Below, one piece after another: positions 1-9,001 of a stretch of DNA of 64,000 nt. Made by a program: the position numbers and the translations under genes. A model generated the notes under the pieces. The model was not told where the DNA came from and did no database searches. It saw only the letters and a list, made by a program, of their open reading frames with translations. Each line of letters opens with the position of its first letter. Position 1 is the first letter of the stretch. Origin of the DNA: Nemertoderma westbladi (taxonomy: Eukaryota; Animalia; Xenacoelomorpha). The DNA is taken from assembly GCA_032718475.1 (NCBI GenBank), contig JAUCBJ010005016.1:62001-126000 (forward strand), given 5' to 3'.

Positions 1-538
1 TTATTATTTCATCCAATCAGATGCCAGCATTTCAACCGTAACCATGGTAACTTCTCAAGTTCCTGCTTATTCCGCTAGAGGCGTTATTTGTCACCCAACA
101 AACTTCCTCTTCTAGTACTGCATCCAATCGTAAGCCTTTATTTTACAGGCGCTCGGGTGTCTACACTTAGCGTCAGGTAACTTCTACTATTTTTTAAATC
201 GCTATTTTTCAGCAACCAGTATTTTCATATTTACCAACCTTTATTTTACAGACGCTAGAGGTGTCTACAGGTAACTTCTACTATTTTTCAAATCGCTATT
301 TTTCAGCAACCAGTATTTTCATATTTACCAACCTTTATTTTACAGACGCTAGAGGTGTCTACAGGTAACTTCTACTATTTTTCACCAGTAACTAAATTTA
401 ATTTTGCAATTTTTCAGATAACAAAATATTCAACAGGGTTCGAACTCGGGACCGTTATAACTCCCCACTTTTCTCCACTCACTCTCCCATCCAACCACGA
501 GAGAAAAAGGCGATAAATATCCAAGTTATTCTGTAGCC
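1..538 (+). repeat. Left terminal inverted repeat (partial), with three internal ~93-101 bp subrepeats (CCTTTATTTTACAG...GGTAACTTCTACTATTTTT)
   Basis: Inverted match to the right TIR with scattered mismatches. Subrepeats start near 135, 237 and 330. Confidence 0.92.
423..503 (-). promoter_or_regulatory. Putative Pol III type-2 (A box/B box) unit in the TIR
   Basis: On the - strand: TGGTTGGATGG (497-487), GAGTTCGAACC (447-437), then TTTT (426-423). The right-TIR copy has one substitution in each box. Confidence 0.35.
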
Positions 539-607
539 TGACCTATTTTGCTTCATTTACTGTTATTATTTACTTTCTATTGGTTACATGTGACACATGT
601 TCTTAGT

Positions 608-639
608 TGATTGGTTGTATACAGTATATATATATAAAA
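608..639 (+). promoter_or_regulatory. Inverted CCAAT + TATA promoter of the + strand gene block
   Basis: TGATTGGTTG...TATATATATAAAA ~110 bp upstream of the ATG at 747. The same layout occurs upstream of pPolB. Confidence 0.45.
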
Positions 640-746
640 TGATCTATATAAATATATGAATAGAATAGAAAAAATATCATTAATATTTATTTATCTACCT
701 TGTCGCTGTTATTTAATTGTTATTACATAAAATAATAATAATAATA

Positions 747-1172
747 ATGTCTTCTGATACACCTGCGCCTGTAATAAGACATACATTTAATACTGTAGAT
801 AATCTTACTTGTATTGTTATTGGTAACACTATTTATTGTCCTTCACAACCTAATTTTAAAATAGATATTTCTGAACAAGCAAGAAAAGAACTACGATCTA
901 TTGATATTTTCGGTGAGGTAGATTCTACTAATTACCTTTTAGATTACAAAGAAGAAGATGATTTAGATAAATTCACAATTTTATCAATGTCAGATAACTT
1001 TATTGTTATTACTCAATATAGTGGTAATATAGCGAGCAATAAATGTGAAAAGTTTGAGATCAAATTAGATCGTAAAAATGCTTATGAAATTATGGCTTTG
1101 TTTATTGTTATTATTTCGAAAGAAACCTTTGTAACCACTGATGAAACCGATGACAATGAAGATGATTCTTGA
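747..1172 (+). CDS. Polinton hypothetical protein with acidic C-terminal tail
   Basis: Open ORF with first ATG at 747 (MSSDTP), ending DETDDNEDDS. No recognised family motif. Confidence 0.65.
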   Translation: MSSDTPAPVIRHTFNTVDNLTCIVIGNTIYCPSQPNFKIDISEQARKELRSIDIFGEVDSTNYLLDYKEEDDLDKFTILSMSDNFIVITQYSGNIASNKCEKFEIKLDRKNAYEIMALFIVIISKETFVTTDETDDNEDDS

Positions 1173-1239
1173 CTCTTTCAGCTATATTATAAATATTTTA
1201 TCAACATTTTAACGATTTTGGTTTGGTTATTTAAGAAAA

Positions 1240-1890
1240 ATGGATATATTAATAAACGCAAATTGTAGTATTTGTTATTCTAATTTAAAACATCTTGATT
1301 GTTACATATGTGTTAATAAGCATGGAACTTGCGTGACATGTATTGATCAACATGTTGAAATTAATGATTGTACTAAAATTTGTCCAATTTGTAGAGTACA
1401 GTCACTTTGCAGAGTAAACAAGTTATATAATCCATATTATTGGAAAGAGCTGCGGAATTCTATCTACATTTCAGGAAAAAGTAACGAACCTAACGAGTTA
1501 TTTACAATATCACAGAATATTTTTTATCGATATATAGTGAAAAAAGGCGGCTTTATGGTACCTTGGTTGTTTGATGAAGAACATAAAAATATCACAGTAA
1601 AATTAAATAAGAATTTGCGTAGTTTTGATATTTACTTTAAGACATATAAAGATGAATCATCTTCGAGAGGTATAAAACCAAAAAAGTATTATTTGAAACT
1701 TGATGAAGGTATTCTTTGCAATGATTTGTGTATGAGAGTAATTTGCACTTTGACGGAACATACTCTAAGTCATATTTCCAGTACTAAATGCTACGGACGT
1801 GGTATAGAACGTAAATGTCAAACTAAGAAGTATAACGAATTTATACGATGTCACCGCTATCTCACTTGGTGTGGACATTATTTAAATTGA
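1240..1890 (+). CDS. C3HC4 RING-finger protein (putative E3 ubiquitin ligase accessory gene)
   Basis: CSIC-x11-CVNKHGTCVTC-x12-CPICR at the N-terminus. Confidence 0.75.
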   Translation: MDILINANCSICYSNLKHLDCYICVNKHGTCVTCIDQHVEINDCTKICPICRVQSLCRVNKLYNPYYWKELRNSIYISGKSNEPNELFTISQNIFYRYIVKKGGFMVPWLFDEEHKNITVKLNKNLRSFDIYFKTYKDESSSRGIKPKKYYLKLDEGILCNDLCMRVICTLTEHTLSHISSTKCYGRGIERKCQTKKYNEFIRCHRYLTWCGHYLN

Positions 1891-2116
1891 AAACAATGTC
1901 TGTTAATTGCTGGTATACGATTACACAATCTTTTCAAATAAGGTAATAACTACAACGAAAGATTGCCATGATAAATATACTAATACTACAGTTGTACATA
2001 CTTTTTGTTGTAAAATGCTGTTTTTTGTGAATTGTTACATATATACATAGTAATGGTGATGGTTTATTGATATTAATATTATATTATATTGTATTGATGA
2101 TATATCTTAATAATAA

Positions 2117-2795
2117 ATGGCTGACTTTAATTCAGGTCCATATAATTTAAACTTTCAAATGGGAACGAGTATGATAATTTCTGGCCCTTCTGGTTCCGGA
2201 AAGTCTACATTTGTCGGCAATTTAATTAAACACAAGAATGGTTGTTTCAACGAACCCCCCTTACGAGTATTGTATTGTTACGGGAGCAATCCCCCGACTA
2301 TTCCCGGTATTACACACCTTTATAAAGGTTTGCCTGAAAATATATAGAGTTTAGTGAATAGCCGAGATTTATTAATTATAGATGATTTATTAACAGAAAC
2401 TGAGTCCAGTACAGCTTTAACTGTATTGTTTACTAAGGTAGCTCATCATTCCAATATATTTATTTGTTTTATAACGCAAAACATGTTTTACGGTGGGAAG
2501 CATAACCGCACAAGATCAATTAATAGCCATACCTTAGTATTAATGAAAAATCCACGAGACAGTTTATCGGTTTTAAATTTTGCGAAGCAGATGTTACCAG
2601 GGCAGACCAAATTTTTAGTAGATTCCTATCAAGATACGAACCATTTGAACTATTGAACCATTTTCGCATTTCTTAATTGATTTACGACAGGAAACACCCG
2701 AACATTTAAGATTTAGATCGGATATATTTCGTAATCATAATTGTTACATTAAAAATTATATTGACTATAAACGTAGCGAAAATAATAAAAAATAA
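2117..2795 (+). pseudogene. A32/FtsK-like genome packaging ATPase, disrupted
   Basis: Walker A GPSGSGKS, Walker B LLIIDD, and ITQN / SINSH..VLMKNPRD motifs. In-frame TAG at 2345-2347; frameshift near 2640-2655, after which EPFSHFLIDLRQETPEHLRFRSDIF continues. Confidence 0.92.
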
Positions 2796-2842
2796 TAATA
2801 AATAATTAATATTTTGTAACAATTTTCAATAATGTTGCAACA

Positions 2843-3226
2843 ATGAATAGACTTGTGCAGAAATATCGTAACGAACTGGAATTTCTACGCAGCGCTACCC
2901 CTCAACAAAGAACTTATTTTATTAACCATACCGCGAGTAACGAATTAATACGGCTCATTGTAAATACCGCATTAAATGTTCTAAAAGGTAACGTACAATT
3001 GACCCCTCATTCATTTAGAAATATTCGCCACTATAAGAAGGTATTGAAATCACTCAACCGTAAAATAAAAAATATATCAAGTTACAGAAAAAAGTTAAGC
3101 AATCAATCTGGAGGCATACTACCGTTTCTAATACCCTTACTCGGCATTGGTGCGAAACTCGCCGCGAGTGCTGGTGCCGCCGCCGCTGGAGCGGCTATTG
3201 CGAAAAAAATTAACCGCGGACGGTAA
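2843..3226 (+). CDS. Basic core protein, adenovirus pX(mu)-like, with protease cleavage site
   Basis: K/R-rich body followed by QSGG|ILPFLIPLLG and an Ala-rich helix, resembling adenovirus pX MRGG|ILPLLIPLIAAA. Confidence 0.75.
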   Translation: MNRLVQKYRNELEFLRSATPQQRTYFINHTASNELIRLIVNTALNVLKGNVQLTPHSFRNIRHYKKVLKSLNRKIKNISSYRKKLSNQSGGILPFLIPLLGIGAKLAASAGAAAAGAAIAKKINRGR

Positions 3227-3228
3227 TA

Positions 3229-3465
3229 ATGATTAAAACAGGAGTAACATTTAGAAAATTATATTTAGTATTGAGTAAACCATTAGCTACTGATTTAAAA
3301 CCTCAAGATATACCTAGAGTAAATACTACAAAAAGAAAACCCTTTAAAACATCAACTTTGAAGAAAATAAAAAAATCAGGCTACCAAGTAACTCCTGTCC
3401 AGTTGATTTTCCTCGCAATACTGCTAGTAGTTATCAGATCAATTTTCATGGCGCCTTACCTATAA
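3229..3465 (+). CDS. Small basic Polinton hypothetical protein
   Basis: ATG immediately follows the previous stop; K-rich; the 3' part overlaps the penton frame. Confidence 0.35.
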   Translation: MIKTGVTFRKLYLVLSKPLATDLKPQDIPRVNTTKRKPFKTSTLKKIKKSGYQVTPVQLIFLAILLVVIRSIFMAPYL

Positions 3466-4205
3466 ATCCAAACGAAAACTGGGTGGTAGGTATAAAAAGT
3501 ATATTTTACTTAGCCACGTTACCGTCCATGTATAACAATGTAGATAATTTTATTTTATTAAAAAAAGGGAAAAAAAATTTTGAGGATACACTTCCATCCG
3601 GCTTGTTCTACAGTATCAATGACATTATAGATTATTTTAACACGGTGGCATTGAAAGATAAATTACAAATAGTTGAAAATACTCAGCAAAATAGGTTGCA
3701 ATTTATTTTAGGGAAAACTGTACGAGAGTTATTTATAGGTCAACAATTAGCCTATTATTTTGGAATTACTGAAAATAATCTCGGGGCGAATTTAAATCCA
3801 AATTTTAAAATTATTTTGAAGACGAAAAATAACATAAAGGGTTATTTAATAAAGGTTATCGGAAATGAAGAAAAAGCTTACCAGATGGTATTTTTATGTC
3901 CTCAACCACCCAACTCTATTCCAGAACCTAAGTCGAACATGTACGTGACTACTAATATAATTGAAAATGAATATATTAATGATTTTGGCTTAGCTTTACT
4001 TCGTCGCGTGGCGATACCTGATGACGTGAAATATGGTAGTGTAATAAATAAAGAATTTGCCAAGGATACAATTCATTATATCCCTGTAAAAAAATCATAT
4101 AAGATAACATACATTCATATTGAAATAATATACAAAGAAGGAAAAGATTTGAATTTTGAATACAGAACAACTTGTATTACCTTACACTTTAAAAAAATAA
4201 ATTGA
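3351..4205 (+). CDS. Minor capsid protein (penton, single jelly roll), start codon apparently mutated
   Basis: The frame is open upstream of 3483 and gives LPSNSCPVDFPRNTASSY...NWVVGI, the typical Polinton penton N-terminus. Also MYVTTNIIE, LLRRVAI, HYIPV and terminal TLHFKK. ATC sits at 3351 where ATG is expected. Confidence 0.85.
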   Translation: MNFEENKKIRLPSNSCPVDFPRNTASSYQINFHGALPINPNENWVVGIKSIFYLATLPSMYNNVDNFILLKKGKKNFEDTLPSGLFYSINDIIDYFNTVALKDKLQIVENTQQNRLQFILGKTVRELFIGQQLAYYFGITENNLGANLNPNFKIILKTKNNIKGYLIKVIGNEEKAYQMVFLCPQPPNSIPEPKSNMYVTTNIIENEYINDFGLALLRRVAIPDDVKYGSVINKEFAKDTIHYIPVKKSYKITYIHIEIIYKEGKDLNFEYRTTCITLHFKKIN

Positions 4206-4206
4206 A

Positions 4207-4770
4207 ATGGATTCCGATTTATTTCAAAGATACAGTAAACCTCAATATGGCGGTGCAGACTCTAATCTTGCTGTTTTTAAAGGTGGTAGAAGTACGAGAG
4301 GCTCGACGCAAGTTCCTGTTTTTCGAGGTGGTTCATATATTGACCCTCACGGTCAACAAATTGGTGCATTTGGTCCAAACTTAAAACAACGTCGATTTCA
4401 ACGTTATCGTAGAGGTATGAGGACAAATCAACACGGGGAAGGTATATTTACAGACGCTTTATCTACATTGAAAAAATTTGGAAAGCTATTAGCAAAAAAA
4501 GTTTTACAAAAAGCTTTACCATTTACCACAAAATTTATGAGACAACACGTAATACCAAAAGGTAAGCGGGTCTTATATCAGCAGGCTAATACGGTTATTA
4601 ATAAAGCATTAAATAAAATGAAACCATCAACAAGATCGGTTGTAGAAAAAGTTTATAGAGATTTAAAGCGACCGACTAGACCAATGTCTATGAACATACA
4701 TCATTGTCATAGTAAAAATAGAAAAATAAAAAAAGGCAAACTGAAACACTGCGAAAAAAGTATTTTTTAA
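4207..4770 (+). CDS. Polinton core/membrane-active protein with several GG/GxG cleavage sites
   Basis: QYGG, VFKGG, PVFRGG and QHGEG, then amphipathic IFTDALSTLKKFGKLLAKKVL; basic; ends SIF directly before the capsid gene. Confidence 0.75.
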   Translation: MDSDLFQRYSKPQYGGADSNLAVFKGGRSTRGSTQVPVFRGGSYIDPHGQQIGAFGPNLKQRRFQRYRRGMRTNQHGEGIFTDALSTLKKFGKLLAKKVLQKALPFTTKFMRQHVIPKGKRVLYQQANTVINKALNKMKPSTRSVVEKVYRDLKRPTRPMSMNIHHCHSKNRKIKKGKLKHCEKSIF

Positions 4771-4772
4771 TA

Positions 4773-6032
4773 ATGTCAATTATTAAGGAATTAGATTTAT
4801 TTTCTACACAGCCAATACAGACTGAATTTAAAGCAAAGCATTATGAAACAATTTACCCAGTATCCAATCTCAGAAGCGAGTCTAGGAGAGTCACGTTCCT
4901 TGTACCAAGATCCAATGAATTCTATACGAAACTGCAAGATGCGTTATTAATTACAAAATGTACTGTACGGTGGGATAGACGACTTGAAAACTCCCATATT
5001 TATATATTGAATTACCCTTCTGGGACTATGTGGAGTGATATTAAAATAGACCTTAATGAGAAGCAGGTTGAAAATAGCAATAACCATTATTTCTACAAGT
5101 CGTACTTATCCAATTTATTATTCACAACATACGAGTCTAAAAATGGATTACTGGGGGTAGGCGGCTTTTGTCAGCCTTTATCCGAACACGGAAATGAAAT
5201 TAATCCCGGCGCGCATCCTATTGGTGATGCCTTTAGTAAACAAATGCAATTTGTAAGTGGATTGACGATTGATTTTGATACTGAAAGTAAAATAATACAA
5301 CCCGGGTATGATTTAAGAATGCATTTTAGAAAAGTATCAAATTCGTTTATTTTTAAAATCACTCCAAACGCAAACGCAGTGACAAATCTTCGGCTAGAAT
5401 TAGATGAAGTAAAGATCCTAATCCCTAGAATGGAGGTTAATCCAGTAATAGAAAGCAATTACCTAAAAGGTTTAGAGAGTTACGATATTGAATATCAATT
5501 CCAAAAAAAGGAGGTTACAACATTTACTATTCCCGCTCAAACCACAAATTACACCCAAACAAACATATTTGATGGTAAAAAACCCAAATTAGTTATTATC
5601 GGTTTTATAACAAATAACGCTTATTCTGGAGAATTAATTAGTAATCCCTTGAAATTTGAACATTTTAACCTTAGACGCGCGGAACTGATTGTAGATGGTC
5701 TTCCAGTAGGTGGTGTAATATACGAGCCTAATTTTACAGATGGAACATACATTTTTGAGTATACTCAATTAATGCAAAACATTAATACATATATTAACGG
5801 TTATGGAGGTAATAATATAGACCATGAAACCTACTTAGGTAATTGCCCCCTCATATCCTGGGACCTAACCGCCGACGGCTATGTTAGAGATCCTCAACCA
5901 TCGATATATACTAACGGTCAATTAAAATTAAGATTTGCCGAACCGTTGGTTGAGACCATAAATGTAATCATTTTTAATATTTATGATCAATCATTAAGTT
6001 TAAATAGCAGGAAAGAAATACATATCGATTAA
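4773..6032 (+). CDS. Major capsid protein (double jelly roll, Polinton PY)
   Basis: 419 aa with ELDLFSTQPIQT..YP, YFYKSYLSNLL, PKLVIIGF..N.AYSG..NPLKFEHF, WDLTAD and LKLRFAEPL. Confidence 0.93.
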   Translation: MSIIKELDLFSTQPIQTEFKAKHYETIYPVSNLRSESRRVTFLVPRSNEFYTKLQDALLITKCTVRWDRRLENSHIYILNYPSGTMWSDIKIDLNEKQVENSNNHYFYKSYLSNLLFTTYESKNGLLGVGGFCQPLSEHGNEINPGAHPIGDAFSKQMQFVSGLTIDFDTESKIIQPGYDLRMHFRKVSNSFIFKITPNANAVTNLRLELDEVKILIPRMEVNPVIESNYLKGLESYDIEYQFQKKEVTTFTIPAQTTNYTQTNIFDGKKPKLVIIGFITNNAYSGELISNPLKFEHFNLRRAELIVDGLPVGGVIYEPNFTDGTYIFEYTQLMQNINTYINGYGGNNIDHETYLGNCPLISWDLTADGYVRDPQPSIYTNGQLKLRFAEPLVETINVIIFNIYDQSLSLNSRKEIHID

Positions 6033-6034
6033 GT

Positions 6035-6487
6035 ATGTTATCTACAGAGGACCTTGATATGTTTCCAGTGGGTGGTCACTATTTGGGAGCGTTTCCAACT
6101 AACAAATTACCTAAATTAGATAATAATAAGCGGAGAGATTATGGGTTAATAGTAAATACCGATAAAGAGCATCTTCCCGGGATTCATTGGATCGCAATAT
6201 ATATACGAGATAATGAAGCCGAATTATTTGATTCGTTTGGACCAAAATATCCAAACAGATGTATCGAAAAATGGCTTGAGAAAAATTCCGCGAGGTGGTG
6301 TACTACCCGGAAACAATTTCAAGACCCCAGGAGGACCACATGTGGCCTATACTGTCTTTATTATTTGGTAAATCGAATTCACACAATCTATCCAATGAGT
6401 GCGTTTACAAATAATGTGGAAATAAATGAAATAATATTATATAAATGGCTTGTTAATTATTATAAAATAAACCAACAAGCGTTATAA
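6035..6487 (+). CDS. Adenain-like cysteine protease
   Basis: VNTD..PGIHWIA, FDSFG, QFQ...TCGLYCLYYL (H/D/Q/C catalytic set). Confidence 0.93.
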   Translation: MLSTEDLDMFPVGGHYLGAFPTNKLPKLDNNKRRDYGLIVNTDKEHLPGIHWIAIYIRDNEAELFDSFGPKYPNRCIEKWLEKNSARWCTTRKQFQDPRRTTCGLYCLYYLVNRIHTIYPMSAFTNNVEINEIILYKWLVNYYKINQQAL

Positions 6488-6531
6488 TTAATCATTTTAC
6501 TTTTGTTTATCTAAATATATTATCAGATAAA

Positions 6532-7104
6532 ATGGATAATATTATTTTTGTTGATTTTCAATATTATAAGATAGACAATAAAGAGTATCCGGTAGTATTT
6601 AAAGAATTTGCTATATTCGATTCTAAATACAGTAAAACTAATATAAAGACATTTTTAATTAAAGGACCTCCTGATATTAACTTATCAGCATTAGATGAAG
6701 CCCACGTAAACAATTTACGGGACATGACTTCGCATTTATCTTGGGATTACGGCGACATTTCGCAAGATGACTTTAAAAAGTATATGAAGAGACAATTAAA
6801 AAATAAATATAATATATATGTATTCGGGTTGATGAAAGCCGCAATATTAAACACCCAACTTGATGTTTACACTCCAAAATCGATGAACAAATTGGGAATA
6901 TTTCAACTATATTACAATTATTTAACTCCGTGTCCTTTCCATGATAAATTAACTACTGTAGAAGATAAATGTAGTTTTCACAAAGATGGTGATAGCTGCT
7001 TGAATTACTGCTCAGCGAAAAGGATTGGAGGGTATGTAACGAAGCGATTAACTGAGACAGGTGATAAACAGAAAGAAATAACTGCGGTGAATGATGTACA
7101 GTAG
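6532..7104 (+). CDS. DEDD/DnaQ-like nuclease-fold accessory protein with C-terminal Cys/His cluster
   Basis: FVDFQ...VFKEFA, LSWDYG, YVFG..K, CSFH...CSA pattern common in Polinton accessory genes. D-x-Q in place of D-x-E. Confidence 0.55.
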   Translation: MDNIIFVDFQYYKIDNKEYPVVFKEFAIFDSKYSKTNIKTFLIKGPPDINLSALDEAHVNNLRDMTSHLSWDYGDISQDDFKKYMKRQLKNKYNIYVFGLMKAAILNTQLDVYTPKSMNKLGIFQLYYNYLTPCPFHDKLTTVEDKCSFHKDGDSCLNYCSAKRIGGYVTKRLTETGDKQKEITAVNDVQ

Positions 7105-7460
7105 GTTTACAGTAAGCTTGTAATGTGATGGGATATAATATAATTTTATTTTGGTGATGCTCTTGATGTTAATATAAAAATATAATTTTTTACAACAAGT
7201 TCTCTAAAAAAGAGTCAATTGCGCTAGGTTAACTATACACATTTAACAATATGACATAGACGTAACATGTACAGGAGATATTCTCGATATCATTCTAATA
7301 TAGTTGTATTGGTATTATGAAACATCCTATACATCGCAAACTAATAACACATACAGTAGTTGACTAGTGATATGACTTTAGTAATATTAGTCAGAAATGC
7401 AACATAATCTGTATAGGATGTAGTGTTAACCTGTTGGTACTGGTACTGATAAATTATAGG

Positions 7461-8268
7461 CCTATCCACAACTGTCATCCACTTTATCAGTACCGGTAGT
7501 GCTTTACTCTTCCAACACTGTAGTCGCGGTCTACTGGTATCAGTACAGCAGTAATCTGATGCAATAGCATACTGCTGTCATGACCTGGATTGCTCGCATG
7601 GCTCTCTCATACAGGGATTAGATCATCTACCTAAACAATACAGTACTGCAGTACTGTCGCTGTTGTTGTAACAGTATAGTCAGATAGAGCATACTGATTT
7701 CCTTTGATTAGCATTATACCGCAGTACCGGTACTATAGTATTAATGTAACAGTACCTGTAGTAACAAACTAAGCCAATGTATACAATATCGTGAGCCAGT
7801 TACAATCAGATGTGTACGCAGTCAGCCACGCTGCAGGGATGCGGTCAACCTCACAGCTAGCCTTGCAACACCTATCTACAACTGTCATCCACTTTATCAG
7901 TACCTGTAGTGTTTTACTCTTCCAACACTGTAGTTGCGGTCTACCGGTATCAGTACAGCAGTAATCTGATGCAATAGCATACTGCTGACATGACCCGGAT
8001 TGCTCGCACGGGTCTCTCATACAGGGAATAGTTCCCCTACCCAAACAATACAGTACTGCAGTACTGTCACTGTTGTTGTAACAGTATAGTCAGATAGAGC
8101 ATACTGATTTCTTTTGATTAGCATTGTACCGCAGTACCGGTACTACAGTATTAATGTAACAGTACCTGCAGTAACAAACTAAACCAATGTATACAATATC
8201 GTGAGCTAGTTACAATCAGATGTGTGCGCAGTCAGCCACGCTGCTGGGATGCAGTCAACCTCGCAGCC
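7461..8268. repeat. 410-bp tandem duplication in the intergenic region between the convergent gene blocks
   Basis: CCTATC(C/T)ACAACTGTCATCCACTTTATCAGTACC at 7461 and 7871, co-linear over ~400 bp with substitutions. Confidence 0.92.
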
Positions 8269-8446
8269 GCCCAGTCAGCCTGTCGCTCAGTCAGTCAGCC
8301 AGCCGCCCAGTCAGCCAGCCAGCCACGCAGCTACTGCCGGCTAGGCACGCAGTCAGTCTGTGAGAGTCATGCTTATTCAAACGAGGTTAGTTTTCCCTAA
8401 CTACCGATAGATCGAATGAAAAATAATAATGTTTAATTTTCACCTT

Positions 8447-9001
8447 CTAATCACCAATATATTCTACACCTAAAGTCACAACACCAAACATTAATAAATA
8501 ATTAACAAGTTTACTAAATATAGGGTAATAAATGTGAAATTTGCTAGGTGAACACATTAAAGTACATTTACCGGTATGAAAGCAGCAAATGACTACGGTA
8601 TTATTTATTCTTATTTTGCAATTATTAAAAATTTCAGGTTCATATATAACTTGAAGTTGCACATTATCAAAGACAACATAAAACCCGGTATTGTTTATCA
8701 ATAACCTATAGACTACAGACTTAATACTAAAAATATAAGTACATAAATTAACAGATTTTAAAATCAAATTAATACTAGTTTTATCAAATATATGCTTTTT
8801 TACTTTTTGGAAATTATACTTACTACCTAATAATGTAATACGACCATTTTTAAATATTAATAATGTGGCACCAAATATCTTATATATAAACTGATTTGGT
8901 TTGAGTATGTGTTTACCAGATAATTGATTTTTTAATTCTTTAAAATTAATTGCTGACACTTGCTGGCAACTTACATTCTTATTAACTATCTGATAGTTCA
9001 T
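8447..9001 (-). CDS. Divergent TATA-binding-protein (TBP)-like protein
   Basis: 184 aa from MNYQIVN with two TBP half-repeats: TLLIFKNGRITLLGSK (cf. TALIFSSGKMVCTGAK) and YEPEIF...VICCFHTGKCTL (cf. YEPELF...LLIFVSGKVVL). Confidence 0.8.
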   Translation of the reverse strand: MNYQIVNKNVSCQQVSAINFKELKNQLSGKHILKPNQFIYKIFGATLLIFKNGRITLLGSKYNFQKVKKHIFDKTSINLILKSVNLCTYIFSIKSVVYRLLINNTGFYVVFDNVQLQVIYEPEIFNNCKIRINNTVVICCFHTGKCTLMCSPSKFHIYYPIFSKLVNYLLMFGVVTLGVEYIGD

